Shown here: positions 20,152 to 31,413 of the stretch, piece by piece | How positions within the stretch are numbered: the stretch's first letter is position 1 | Layout: each line of letters opens with the position of its first letter | Assembly (NCBI GenBank): GCA_965214705.1 | Contig: CBDCCI010000002.1 | Location: 32,001 to 96,000 of the forward strand | Direction of reading: 5' to 3' | Source: Alphaproteobacteria bacterium | GTDB lineage: Bacteria; Pseudomonadota; Alphaproteobacteria; UBA828 | Length of the DNA stretch: 64,000 bases | Notes under the pieces: model-generated | Seen by the model: only the letters and a program-made list of their open reading frames with translations | What the model was told of the DNA's origin: nothing | Databases searched by the model: none | Translations under genes and position numbers: made by a program

Positions 20152-22431
20152 GACGATCTCCTGTTGGTTCAACCTCCGGGACCCTGTGCCCCGTGGTGAT
20201 GTCCTTTGTGATTCACGCGCGCGCAGCGGCAGCACCTGGCCCTGGGAAGTCTTGGGCGGGTTTGGGTGCGGAAGTTCGGCGATGTCGGTGCGGAAGATGG
20301 CGCCGCCGTGCCGGTGGGAACGGTGCTCCGCAGCAAATCCATTCCAGTGGTCATTACGGCGCCGTGCCGGGCGGGCCCGCTTGGGCCTGCCCGGCGTCTA
20401 GGCGCCGCGACGAATGGTTCCGCGAATGGATTTGAGGCGGTGCAGCGTGACGCGTCGGCCCCGCGTCAGGGGCCGGCGCGCTGCAAGACGAGGCGGTTGG
20501 CAATTACACGCAAGCCATCTTCACGGTCGCCGAACTTCACGGCCCGCCTTAGACTTCCTTGGGTCAGGCCGTAGGGAGCGGAGCGACCGGAGGACCCGCA
20601 GGGTTGCTGTCGCGAGCACGTGTGAAATCCTCGGACATCACGACGGAGTGCGCTGTGAATACCAAGTAGGAGGAAAGCATGAAGTAAACCAAACACTTGG
20701 TAGTGCTGATGATCGACCGGTGGCTGAAACGCCACCCTGCCTGACGAGGGGTGTTGGGCGGAAGGGGATCGCTAAGCTCCGCCGGTTTCCGACGGTGGGG
20801 CGAAAGAGCTGCGATCTGAACTGTACCGGGTGCGGGCCGTCGCTCGCGGGCCGGGCTACCACAGGACCTATGGCGAGGTTGAACGAAGCACGTGACGGAA
20901 GCCTCTTTATTTAGATGTCCAACCCTCAATGGCCCGACGGGGCGGAGGGAGCGCGGTGAGAGCCGGTTGGTCTTCCGTCTGCCGACTGGCGGGTGTGTTG
21001 AACGCACCCGGGTACGGGTCAACCCTTCTATCCCGAACCCCAGAGCTGCAAGGGGTATAGCGTGCCGCCTAAGGGTCTCAGGTTTGTCATCGGAACACAG
21101 GAACCCATGCTGTTCGCCCGGCACGGAACCGGGCTAGCCGCGGAGAACGGAGACGGGCCGCATGGGGGCGGAGCCCTCGTAGTGTGTGCTGGGCAGCGCC
21201 CAGATCAGGTGGGTTCAAGTCCCACTGGCGCTCGGGTAAGGGGCGCCATATCCAAAAGTGGGGGTAATTCCTCACTGGCCGGAGTGAGCCGATAAGCGAA
21301 ACTCTAAACGGGCACGAAGCCGGAAACGGCGGAGACAGCCAAGGGAGGAGCTAAGTTGGTCCACTGTCGAAAGACAACCGGAAGGCAGGGTGTCCACCGC
21401 GAGGTGGAATCTGAAGGGCTTGCGGAGAAGTACCGGGCCGTAATCGAGGGGGCCACCCCATGATGAATCGGTCGGCCAAAGACGGGGCAAGGTCGAGCCG
21501 GCACTATGGCGGCGAAGGCGTTCTTACCCACCCGTCGCACCAAGGTGTTTGCGAGCGGCACGGTACGGAAGATCTGGACGTGACCCCAGGAGGGCTCGCC
21601 GCGTTCCCGGGTGGCACCGGGATAACGGACCCTATAAGCCGAAAGGCGAAATGGGAAAGGATGCGCGGCGAGCAATCGGACAACCGAATAGTACCTGAAG
21701 CCCGGCGAAAGCCGGGTGACCGCGCGAGCGGCGGCCGTGTGGGCCGGGGAAGTCGGTTGGCAGAGGTGGTCGGCGAGAGACAGCGATGAGTGAGTAAGGA
21801 CCATGACGCGGACAAGTTCCTTGAGCGAAAGACCCGGACATCATGGCCCGAGGAGACTCATCGACTGGATCAACCCGGCGGGTGACAGGAAGGTCCACTC
21901 ACTGGTGGACAAGGTGTACAAGCGGAAGAACCTTGAGGTGGCCTGGGAAAAGGTGAAGCGCAACCGGGGTGCCGGTGGCGTGGACGGAGAGGATTTAGCG
22001 GCGTTCGAGGCATCGCTGGATGCAAATCTCGATCGCCTGCACCGGGAGTTGCGGGACGGTGAGTATCACCCGCAGCCGGTTCTCCAATGCCTGATCCCCA
22101 AGGCGGGCCAGCCGGGGAAGTTCCGCCCGCTCGGCATCCCGACAATCTACGACCGGGTGTGCCAGCAGGCGCTGCTGAACCGGCTGGAACCGATCTTCGA
22201 GCCGGTGTTCGACGATGCCAACTACGGGTACCGGCAAGGAAGGTCTGCCCATGGAGCGTTACGCAAGATATGGAGGGAACTGGACGAGGGCAACGAGTGG
22301 GTTCTCGATGCGGATTTGAAAGACTTTTTCGGGTCCGTGGACCACGAAAAGCTCCTCGAACTCGTCAACCAGCGAGTCTCGGATGGCCGGGTATTAGGTC
22401 TGCTCAGGCAGATGCTCACGGCCGGGGTGGT

Positions 22432-24110
22432 GGGTGTGATTCTCGTATGGCGATATGCCAGTCGTGATGGCGCTAAAGGATATGGGCTGGTTCATTTTGG
22501 TCAAGCAGCGAGTGCCAGGACTTCGGTTGGGCTGATGTTGTCGTTAGCTGGTCCGGATCGGGCGTCCATGAGCGCATCCCATGCCCGGTCGAAGAGGCCG
22601 GATTTGATCAGGGCGCGGAAGGTCAGAACCGCCTGCCCGCCGTCGATCCGCCAGCGCATGCCCGAGCGTTTCAAGCGCTGCGCGACGAGGGTCTTGCAGG
22701 CCGCCTCGACCACACCCGAGCCGATGGCGATGCCCTCTTCCTTCAGGGCGTGGTAGCGCATCCGATGGCGGTGCTTTCGGAAGAAGGCCAGTTCGCGCTC
22801 GATCTCGGCCGGGTCCCCCTTTGCCCTGTCCAGGAGGTAGCGCAGTGCCCGGATCACCTTGTCGACGCCGCGGGGGTCGTGGCGCAGGATTTCGCGGTGC
22901 TTCTCGAACCAGTGGCGCGCCACCGCATGGTCAGAGGCCACGCGGAGATGCTCGCAAGCGTGCCAGAAGTCGATGACCTCGGTCTCGGGCGAGAGGCTTT
23001 CGAGGAAGGTCCAGTTGTCGGCGGCCCCGTCGGCGACGGCGCCGATCCTGATCTTCGGGCTCACACGGCGGATATGGGCGACCTCGCTTGCAAGTTGCGC
23101 TTTCAGCGCGGCCTTGCCGCTCTCGGGCATACGGCCGAGATAGAGGGTCTTCAGCCGTTGGCCCTCGGCGTCGTGGAAGGAGACCGTGCCGCAAGAGGCC
23201 TCGCGCCAGCACGCCTCGGCACGGCCGTCCTCGCCGGCCCGCAGCGCCACCATGACGCCGTCAAGGGAGACGGACGCGGTGACCGCATCGGGCGGTATGC
23301 CCTGGGTTTCACGGATGCTGGCCAGCGTCTCCGGGGCGACGCTCTCCCAGTGCTCATGCATGCTCAGGGCCAGGCGCTGCAGCGTGCTCACCGACGGCGT
23401 CATTCCGCCCATTTTCGCGAAGAACTCCTCCGCTTCACGCGGCGTACAGTGGCCCATCATCATCAGCCCGAGCTGCGCCGCCGGCCGCGTCAGGTAGTCG
23501 TCGATGAGGCCCAGGCTCTCGTCCACCGGCACCAGCGACGTGCTGCTCGCGCCGCTGCGATAGCGCGCACGCCGATAGGTCACGGGACCGAGCGTCGTCA
23601 TGATCGTCTTCGGCGTCGCCGCCACCCGGACCCAGCTCTGTCCGTCGCGCTCGATCCGGCTCGCACCGTCGTCGCGGCTCTCGGCGAAGGCCCCAAGGAG
23701 CTTGCAACCCAAGCCGTTCATGGCGTCCCGCAGCCCCGTCTCAACCGTTTCGAACGTCTCGGCAGACGGGTCAGACCCAGCCTGTTCGCGACAGAACTCC
23801 ACCACCTGGGCGACCGCTTCGGCGACTTCGGCAGGCAGGCCCAAAAGGTCGATGGACGAGGCGATGAGAGACTGCGACACTGGCATGGGAACGCTCCTGA
23901 TGTTGGGTCTGATGTTGGGTTGTCGGCGCGGCATCCTACCGCATCTCGCGGTGCGGAGCGTTCCCACCCACCACTGCTGGATGCCGCCGTTGTGACAAAA
24001 TCCGGCCCTGCACCGGCCGATTGTCACGAAAACCCGATTCTGGCTGCCTACGGCCACCCGCCAATCGCGCTAAATCAATGACTTACGATCGCCATGCCAG
24101 ACCTACACCC
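22432..24110 (-). mobile_element. ISKra4/ISLre2-type (prokaryotic Mutator-like) IS
   Basis: IR GGGTGT..ATGGCGAT; 8-bp TSD GGGGTGGT (22424-22431, 24111-24118). Confidence 0.88.
22501..23886 (-). CDS. ISKra4/ISLre2-type transposase
   Basis: SLDGVMV, VADGAADNW, IDFWHACEHL, IGSGVVEAACK, RLKRSGMRW. Confidence 0.85.
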   Translation of the reverse strand: MPVSQSLIASSIDLLGLPAEVAEAVAQVVEFCREQAGSDPSAETFETVETGLRDAMNGLGCKLLGAFAESRDDGASRIERDGQSWVRVAATPKTIMTTLGPVTYRRARYRSGASSTSLVPVDESLGLIDDYLTRPAAQLGLMMMGHCTPREAEEFFAKMGGMTPSVSTLQRLALSMHEHWESVAPETLASIRETQGIPPDAVTASVSLDGVMVALRAGEDGRAEACWREASCGTVSFHDAEGQRLKTLYLGRMPESGKAALKAQLASEVAHIRRVSPKIRIGAVADGAADNWTFLESLSPETEVIDFWHACEHLRVASDHAVARHWFEKHREILRHDPRGVDKVIRALRYLLDRAKGDPAEIERELAFFRKHRHRMRYHALKEEGIAIGSGVVEAACKTLVAQRLKRSGMRWRIDGGQAVLTFRALIKSGLFDRAWDALMDARSGPANDNISPTEVLALAA

Positions 24111-25624
24111 GGGGTGGTGGCCGACGGTAAGAGGCTGCCGACCGAACAGGGCACTCCGCAGGGCGGCATCGTTTCACCGCTGCTCAGCAATATCTTGCTG
24201 ACCCCGTTCGATTGGGAAATGCGTCGTCGCGGCTATCGACTAACGCGATACGCCGATGATTGGCTGATCACGTGCCGCACACGCGGGGAAGCCCGCGCAG
24301 CACTGGAGACGGCCAGGCGGATTCTGGCAAAGCTGGGTGTGTCCCTCAACGCCGGGAAGACCCGCATTGTCCATGTCAGGCACGGGTTTGAGTTCCTCGG
24401 CTACAAGATCAAGCAGGGCGAGCGGCCTCTCCGGCTGTCGTCCTCCAAGATCAAGAGCGGGGTTCGCGGGGGAGCGCGCTACGCGGTTCCGCGTGAGAAA
24501 TCCATCCGGCACTTCAAGGACCAGATTCGCCAGCGTACCCGGCGCAAGGCTCCTGTCAGCACGCAGGAGCTGATTGACGAGATCAACCCGATCATTCGGG
24601 GATGGGGCCAATACTATTGCAAGGCCCACGTCCGCGGGCTCTTCCACCAGCTTGACGGCTGGATCGTGCGGCGGCTCTGGTCGCATCGTCGCAAGCGCTG
24701 GCGCAACGCTGGCTGGAAACAGTTGCCGGAGCGCAAGCTGATCGACGAATACGGGCTTGTTCGCCTGATCTCACTGGTTCCGTCCTTGAACCTTCGTTGA
24801 GACACCTTTGTGAAAGCGGCTTACGGGAAAACCGTACGGGCCGTTTGAGCGGCGGACGGAGGCTAGCCTCGCGGGGCGCCTCCTCCGACCCGACAGTCGG
24901 AGTGCGGGAAAGCCGCATACATGGCGAAGGGGGGCAGAAGGTGGATCGGCTATCGACTGACGGAGGAACTATCCGTGGACTCGGATAATCAGGCCGACAT
25001 GGCCTGGCTCCTCAACGTGCAGCGGAAGTTGTATCGGTGGAGTAAGGAGACGCCTGAAGGCGCTTACGGCGATGTGTGGAACTGGGTAACCGATCCGCGC
25101 AATCTTCGCTGTGCATGGCACTCGATTGCCCAGAACAAGGGCAGACGAACGCCGGGCGTCGACGGGCTGACGGTGGCGAGCATTGCCGCTGGCGATGGAG
25201 GTGTACCGCTCTTTCTGGACGAGCTTCGGGAGGCGCTGCGCGATGGCAGCTACCGACCGTCGCCCGCCCGGCGGAAGTGGATTCCGAAGCCGGGCAAGCC
25301 GGGGAAGTTCCGACCCCTTGGTATCCCCACCGTTGCTGACCGCGTGGTGCAATGCGCGGTCAAGAACATCCTGGAGCCAATTTTCGAGGCGCGTTTCTGG
25401 CAGGTCTCCTACGGGTTCAGGCCCGGACGGGGCTGCCATGGCGCACTCGAACATATCCGGCTGACCACTCGGACTCACAAGTCGAGAACCGATGGGAAGC
25501 TTCGCGACCCTCCCTATCAATGGGTGATTGAAGGGTAAGCGGTATCGGGCCCCCATACTTCCAGCGGATCTGATTTCGGGGCTGACTCTCCGCCTTGACC
25601 ACGAGCCACACAGGAGAGATCGCG

Positions 25625-26050
25625 ATGACAGATTCGATTTTGGCATCTGGCGACGGTGTCGCTGTTGCTTCGGTTGAGATCCCAGCTTCTGAGGGAGCCG
25701 CCCCGGCTCCGTCTGAGCCGGCCCCCATGCGACGCTGGCCGGACGATGAGAAGGCGCGGATTGTCTCGGAGAGCTTTGAGCCGGGCTCTTCGGTTGCGGC
25801 GGTCGCGCGCCGCCATGGCGTCAGCGATACGACCCTGACCAAGTGGCGGCGGCGCGCGCGGGAGGGAACTCTTCCGGGCGCTCGGATTGGTGGCTCTGCA
25901 CCGCCATTTGTTCCCGTGGTGGTTGATAGCGTGACGTCCGAGCGGACGGTGGCGATCGAGGCGCTAGGCGTGGTCGTTCGCCTTCCGGTGGAGAGCGCGG
26001 TCGATCGGATTGTTGCGGTGGCCTCGGGCCTGGGCCGGGCGTCGTCATGA
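25625..26050 (+). CDS. tnpA: IS66 TnpA (HTH)
   Basis: RRWPDDEKARIVSES...SVAAVARRHGV. Confidence 0.88.
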   Translation: MTDSILASGDGVAVASVEIPASEGAAPAPSEPAPMRRWPDDEKARIVSESFEPGSSVAAVARRHGVSDTTLTKWRRRAREGTLPGARIGGSAPPFVPVVVDSVTSERTVAIEALGVVVRLPVESAVDRIVAVASGLGRASS

Positions 26051-26397
26051 TCGCGGCCCCCTCGCTTCGCATCGTGTTGGCGACGCGGCCGGTTGATTTT
26101 CGTCGCGGCCACGACGCGCTTGCGGCGACGGCGGCGGGGGAGCTGGACCTCGATATCTATTCCGGGGTGATCGTGATCTTCCGCTCGCGCCGCGGCGACA
26201 GGCTCAAGCTCCTTGCGTGGGACGGCAGCGGTCTGGTGATGACCTACAAGCGTCTGGAGCAGGGCCGCTTCGCCTGGCCTCGGATCGAGGATGGTGTGAT
26301 GCGCCTTACGAAGGGCCAGTTCGAGGCCCTCTTCGAGGGTCTGGACTGGCGCCGGGTGAAGGCCCGCCCGGTTCGCCGCCCGCTGGCGGCGGAGTGA
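26047..26397 (+). CDS. tnpB: IS66 accessory protein TnpB
   Basis: PVDFRRG, DRLKLLAWDGSG, KRLEQGRFAWP. Confidence 0.92.
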   Translation: MIAAPSLRIVLATRPVDFRRGHDALAATAAGELDLDIYSGVIVIFRSRRGDRLKLLAWDGSGLVMTYKRLEQGRFAWPRIEDGVMRLTKGQFEALFEGLDWRRVKARPVRRPLAAE

Positions 26398-26490
26398 GGC
26401 GGCACGCAGGCGGGGCCGCAGATTTCGGTCGCGGTCCCGCCTGCACTTTTCCCTGGTCATGCATTGGCGAATCGGATTAAGGGGTGGCCC

Positions 26491-28206
26491 ATGCCGAAGG
26501 TCACGCCCTCACCCCTCAGCAGCGCCGGTTCGCCGTCGCCTGCGGTGGTTTCGGCGGCGCTGGCGGCCCTGCATGCGGAGCTTGACGACGAGCGCGCGGC
26601 GCGCCGGGCGACGGAAGCAGCCCTATGCGAAGCGGAGCAGGCACGCGGCGCGGCGGAGGCGGCGAGGCAGACGGCGGAAGCGCGGGCGGCACGGCTGGAG
26701 GCCGAGAACGCGCAGAGCGCGGAGCAGATCAGCCGGCTTGAGCATCTCAACAAGGAGCTCAGGAAGGCGCTGTTCGGTCCGCGCTCCGAGAAGCTCGGCG
26801 AGGACGAGCGCCAGCTTACGTTCGAGGAGTTTTGGGCGGCGATCGCTGAAGCCGGCGGTCGGCCCGAGGCAGATGACCAGGAGCAGGACGAGGGGGCTGG
26901 CGGCAAGCGCCGGCGGCGCTCTTCCCGGGGGTCGCGCAGCGGGGTGCGCTTCGGGCCCCAGGTCGACCGGCGCGAGGAGGTGATCGAGCCGGACACGATC
27001 ATGTGCCCCTGCGGCTGCGGCGAGATGACGAAGATCGGCGAGGACCGCAGCGAGCGGCTGGACTATGAGCCGGCGAAGTTCACCGTCATCGAGACCGTGC
27101 GCCCCCGCTACGCCTGCAACAAGTGCAAGGGGGGCGGGGTGGTGCAGTCGCCGGCGCCGGCCGCTCTGGTCGAGGGCGGCCTTCCCACCGAGGCTCTTCT
27201 GGCGCAGGTGCTGATCGCGAAGTACGGCGATCATTGCCCGCTCTATCGCCAGTCGCAGATCTACGAGCGCTCGGGGATCGAGGTTCACCGTGCGACGCTG
27301 GCGACGTGGGTGGGCCAGGCGTCGTTTCACCTGCGCCCCGTGGTCGCTTGCCTGGAGGATGAGCTGAAGAAGTCGGATCACCTGGGTCTGGACGAGACCA
27401 CGATCCGCGTTCTCGACCCGGGCCGGGGCAAGACGAAGACGGGCTACATGTGGACCCTTGTGCGTGACGAGCGCCACTGGAGCGGCACGGACCCGCCGGG
27501 CGTCGTCTATCGCTATGCGCCCGGCCGCGGCGGCAAGTATGGCGCCGAGCTTATGGAGGGCTTTTCGGGGACGGTGCAGCTCGACGGCTACTCGGGCCAC
27601 AACATCCTGGCGCGGCCGGACCGGGCGGAAGGCCCTGTGACGCGGGCCCTCTGTTGGGCGCATGTAAGACGGAAGCTGAAAGAGGTATACGACTCGAGCG
27701 CATCGCCGATCGCGCTGGCCGGTCTGAATCGGATCGCGAAGCTCTATGCGATCGAGAAGAAGATCCGGGGCAAGCCGCCGGCGGAGCGCCGCGCGATCCG
27801 TTGGGAGGAGTCGGCGCCGATCGTGAACACCTTCGGTGTCTGGCTCGACGAGCAGCGCTCGCGCGTCTCACCGCGCTCGCGTCTCGGCGAGAAGCTGACC
27901 TATATCGCCAACCAGTGGGACGGGCTGCTGGAGTTCCTGCACGACGGTCGTGTCGAGATCGACTCGAACCTGGTGGAAAACCGAATCCGGCCGCTGAAGC
28001 TCACCGCCAAGAACGCGCTCTTCGCCGGCAACGACGAGGGTGCGCAAGCCTGGGCCCGCATCGCCTCGCTGATCGAGACCTGCAAGATGAACGGCGTCGA
28101 GCCCTACGCCTGGATGCGGAGCACGCTCGAGAAGATCGCCAAGGGCCACCCGCAGTCGGGCATCCAGGAGCTTCTGCCGTGGAACTTCCAGCCCGAGGCA
28201 AAATGA
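26491..28206 (+). CDS. tnpC: IS66 transposase TnpC
   Basis: LFGPRSEK, KYGDHCPLYRQ, DETT, CWAHVRRK, IDSNLVENRIR. Confidence 0.93.
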   Translation: MPKVTPSPLSSAGSPSPAVVSAALAALHAELDDERAARRATEAALCEAEQARGAAEAARQTAEARAARLEAENAQSAEQISRLEHLNKELRKALFGPRSEKLGEDERQLTFEEFWAAIAEAGGRPEADDQEQDEGAGGKRRRRSSRGSRSGVRFGPQVDRREEVIEPDTIMCPCGCGEMTKIGEDRSERLDYEPAKFTVIETVRPRYACNKCKGGGVVQSPAPAALVEGGLPTEALLAQVLIAKYGDHCPLYRQSQIYERSGIEVHRATLATWVGQASFHLRPVVACLEDELKKSDHLGLDETTIRVLDPGRGKTKTGYMWTLVRDERHWSGTDPPGVVYRYAPGRGGKYGAELMEGFSGTVQLDGYSGHNILARPDRAEGPVTRALCWAHVRRKLKEVYDSSASPIALAGLNRIAKLYAIEKKIRGKPPAERRAIRWEESAPIVNTFGVWLDEQRSRVSPRSRLGEKLTYIANQWDGLLEFLHDGRVEIDSNLVENRIRPLKLTAKNALFAGNDEGAQAWARIASLIETCKMNGVEPYAWMRSTLEKIAKGHPQSGIQELLPWNFQPEAK

Positions 28207-29465
28207 CTCGCGCGCTCACGGCGCTCCTCAAGAAATCCCCGTCGTAGTCAAGCCAGATTCCGGTATGGGGTCTGCGTACCGCTTACATTGAAGGCGACAT
28301 CGAGGGCTGCTTCGACAACATCGGCCATCACTACCTGATGGAGCGCGTACGGAAATCCGTCGCGGACCGGAAGGTCAACAGGCTGATCGTGCGGTTCCTC
28401 AAAGCCGGGGTATTGGAGGACGTCAACTACAATCCGACAACCACCGGCACGCCTCAAGGGGGTGTCCTGTCTCCCCTGCTGGCCAACATCGCGCTGAGCG
28501 CGATCGAGGAGCGGTACTGGTGGTGGGTGAGGCACCCGCATGATCCCAATATCCGGACTGACGGAAGGCGGATGGCCGCGACACGGCGATTTCGGGACAG
28601 GGAGGCCGGGCGAACGGTCTTCTACCCGGTCCGATATGCCGACGACTTCCTGATCTTCGTGGCGGGCGGTTACGACGATGCGGCTGCTGAGAAGCAGGCG
28701 CTCGCGGACTGGCTGCGCGAGGAGATGGGGCTGACGCTATCGGAGGAGAAGACGCGGATCACCAGACTGACGGAAGGATTCCGGTTCCTCGGATGCCGGG
28801 TTCGTCTCAAAGGGGACGACCATGACGGCTACATGTGCCGGGTCGAAATCCCGAAGGAGGCGATCAGTGACTTCTGCCGGCGGATCAAGCAAGTGCTGAA
28901 TCAGCGGACGCGGACGCGCTCGCTGAGAAGCGTGCTCCAGGAAATCAATCCAATCCTCCGGGGGTGGGGCCACTACTACCGCCACTGCATCGGGGCCAAG
29001 CGCATCCTGTCCAGTCTGGACTGGTATGTGTGGCGACGGCTCTGGCTGTGGATGCGGGGTAAGCACGACGGCGCCTCCCCGCGACGGGTGTACGCTTCTT
29101 GGTCGAGGCCGAGCCGGCAGTATCCCGGCGCTCGGGTCTGGGCCGATGGCGACACTGAGCTGTACCAAATGGGCCGGATTCCGGTCATGCAGTTCAAGCT
29201 CAATTGGATGAAAACTCCTGCCTTCACGAAAGCCTTTGGCGAGCCGGGTGCATAACGAAAGGTGCACGCCCGGTTCTGAGAGAGGGCGCGAGAAACCTGT
29301 GGTGCGTGAGGATCACCAGGCGCTCGCGTCCTACTCTACCGGACCCCTTGTTTTTGTTTCCCGCAAGCGGCGCGGCACCTCCCGCAGCGATGAAATGCGC
29401 GGTGCCGGCCGCGGGCCCGGCAACGGGATCGAGGGCGAGCCGCTCCCGGTGGCGCTCGTCACCGC

Positions 29466-29693
29466 TCACAGCATCGGGTGGGTGTCGAGGAGGTGTCGGG
29501 CGACCTCGCGGACGCGATGGCGCTCGTGCACCCTGACGGGCCCGCGGGGGTCTTCGCTGAGATGCACCACATGGAACACCGCGCCGCGGTTGAGGATGTC
29601 GTCCTGGCGGAAGACGTCGCCGACGTAGTCGCCGTCCTGATAGACGCGGGCCTCGTTCTCGCTCACCCGCCGGAACTTGATATCGCTGCTCAT
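29466..29693 (-). CDS. Hypothetical protein (75 aa)
   Basis: GGGGG RBS, GC3-biased codons, co-oriented after the toprim gene. Confidence 0.55.
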   Translation of the reverse strand: MSSDIKFRRVSENEARVYQDGDYVGDVFRQDDILNRGAVFHVVHLSEDPRGPVRVHERHRVREVARHLLDTHPML

Positions 29694-29770
29694 GGTCTTC
29701 CCCCCGTAGCGTGATGCCGGCGCGGAGAGGACTTTCTCTGCTCTCCATGCGGCTCGCCCGTTGGCTGCCC

Positions 29771-30754
29771 TCACCCGGGCTCCCGTTCTGCGAGCGCGGC
29801 CGCCGTCCAGGCGGCAAGCGCGGCGGGGCCGAACGCGAGGAGGTCGTCATTGAAATCTTCACCCCTGGGCGAGATGACCGTGGTGGCGATGCCCGCCCGC
29901 GCGCAGCGCTGGGCGAGGCGGAGAGCCGCGCGCTCTCCCTCGGCGTCGTTGTCGCGCGCGATCACGAGCCGCGTGACGCCGGCAGGCGGCGCGAATGCGC
30001 CGAGGCTGCCGGCGGACAGCGCTGCTGCTGCGACGGTGTCGGGGATGGCGGTGACGACGGACAGCACGGTCTCGATTCCCTCGCCGACCAGCAGCGTGCC
30101 GGCGCCGGGGTCGCCGAAGCGCACGGCATGACCGTGCACGCGCCCGAGCGCCTTGCGCGGCGATGAGAGGATTGCCTTCGCGGGACGCTGAGGGTCCAAC
30201 CACGTGCGATGGACACCGGTGACGATGTCGCCGTCGTGAGCGGTGACGGCGGCGACCAGCGCGGGCAGGCGGCGCACGCCGCCGCCGTCCCTGTAGAGCA
30301 ACGCGGGGTGGTAGCGAAGTGCCGGGAAGCGGCAGCGCGCGAGCCCGCGGGCGTGCAGATACGCTTCCGCGTGGGTGCCGTCGATGGCGCGGCAGCGTCG
30401 CCAGAGGCGGCGTGCCGCCTCGGTGGCGTCGTAGGTGTCGCCCGAGCCCGCAGCCGGCGCAGCCGACCGGGCGAGGAAGGCGCGGGCCTCGTCGAGCGCC
30501 GCGCGAAGCGTCGGCGCGCAGATGCGGTGGCGGATGATGTCGAGCAGGTCGCCGTGCTCATCGCTGCTTGCGTCGGTCCACTTCCCCGGGACGCCGGGGG
30601 GTGCCAGGCGGACGAAGAGTGACCGCCCCCGCGCGCCGTAGACGTCGCCGGCGGTCCAGTATCGGCCCTGCTTGCGGCCTTGGGGGAGGTAGCGGCGGCA
30701 CACCTCCTCGGCGCGTGCGCCGAGCGCGGCCGCGACGCGAGCGGCGGCGCTCAC
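29771..30754 (-). CDS. Toprim domain-containing primase-like plasmid protein
   Basis: GKWTD..EHGDLLDII, AEAYLHARG, TGVHRTWLD, VGEGIETVLS, IARDND. Confidence 0.82.
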   Translation of the reverse strand: MSAAARVAAALGARAEEVCRRYLPQGRKQGRYWTAGDVYGARGRSLFVRLAPPGVPGKWTDASSDEHGDLLDIIRHRICAPTLRAALDEARAFLARSAAPAAGSGDTYDATEAARRLWRRCRAIDGTHAEAYLHARGLARCRFPALRYHPALLYRDGGGVRRLPALVAAVTAHDGDIVTGVHRTWLDPQRPAKAILSSPRKALGRVHGHAVRFGDPGAGTLLVGEGIETVLSVVTAIPDTVAAAALSAGSLGAFAPPAGVTRLVIARDNDAEGERAALRLAQRCARAGIATTVISPRGEDFNDDLLAFGPAALAAWTAAALAEREPG

Positions 30755-31413
30755 GATGCACACCTCGGGCACCTGGGAGAACCGGCGGAGCCGGGCCTGT
30801 GAGCGGGGATGGGGCGCATGAGAGACCTCTCCGGAGGCTACGTGGGGCGCGCCCCGGTCCCGGCCTCGACCGGCCTCTCGCCGGCGCCGCGACGGCAGGC
30901 GCCGCGCGAAGCGCATGGCGCGCCGTCCGGCCAATGGCGGACTCGGATCAGGCTGCACGAAAAAGCCCGCCCCGCGCGGGAGGAACGCGGGGCGGGCTCT
31001 GGGGCGAGCGGGCGGGGAGGGCCCGCTGCGGGGACTGACTCAGAATGGGATATGGGTCCCCTGAGCGTCGGCCGATGCGGGCGCCGCATCGCCATCATCG
31101 GACGCCGCGGCGCCGTTGCCGTTGGCCCCGGCAGGCCGATCAAGAAACTGCACCCGGCCGCCCGGGACCAGCAGGATCTCGGTCGAGAAACGCCAGGAGT
31201 CGTCGCCGTCCTTCTTCCAGCGGCGGGTCTGGAGCTTGCCCTCGATGTAGACCAGGCGGCCCTTGGTGGCGTGCTTCTCGAGCATGTCGATCAGCCCCTC
31301 CTGGAAGGTGACGCCCCGGTGCCACTCGGTCCGGTCCTTCCGCTCGCCGCTCTGGCGGACGACCGTTTCCAAATGCAGGCAGTTACGCCGCAGCGGGTGA
31401 TCATCAGGATGCT

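Larger units (their letters stand above)
21803..24800 (+). pseudogene. ltrA: Group II intron RT/maturase of intron B1, interrupted
   Basis: 21803-22431 + 24119-24800 rejoin to the 436-aa RT of 61368-62678. Confidence 0.92.
21184..24894 (+). mobile_element. Group II intron B, copy 1 (inside intron A; ORF broken by ISKra4-type IS)
   Basis: 5' GTGTG, 3' ...CGACCCGAC; same sequence and same 2024-nt length as 60749-62772 once the 1687-nt insertion is removed. Confidence 0.92.
25535..28286 (+). mobile_element. IS66-family IS, copy 1 (2752 bp)
   Basis: Ends GTAAGCGGTA.../...TACCGCTTAC; 8-bp TSD ATTGAAGG. Confidence 0.95.
24975..29255 (+). pseudogene. ltrA: Group II intron RT/maturase of intron A, interrupted by IS66 (506 aa when rejoined, no endonuclease domain seen)
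   Basis: GGAGG + GTG start; TPGVDG, RPLGIPT, YGFRPGR, VIEG|DIEGCFD across the IS, GTPQGG, RYADD. Confidence 0.9.
20648..29339 (+). mobile_element. Group II intron A (native ~2.2 kb), host of intron B1 and IS66
   Basis: 5' GTGCG at 20648; DV GAGCCGGGTGCATAACGAAAGGTGCACGCCCGGTTC and DVI ending CTACTCTAC; EBS1 TCCGTC (20974-20979) pairs with IBS1 GACGGA; EBS2 GATGTCC (20914-20920) pairs with IBS2 GGACATC. Confidence 0.9.

Noticed and set aside
21206-21226. tRNA-like GGTTCAAGTCC T-arm
   Set aside because: Part of intron B domain I; no cloverleaf.
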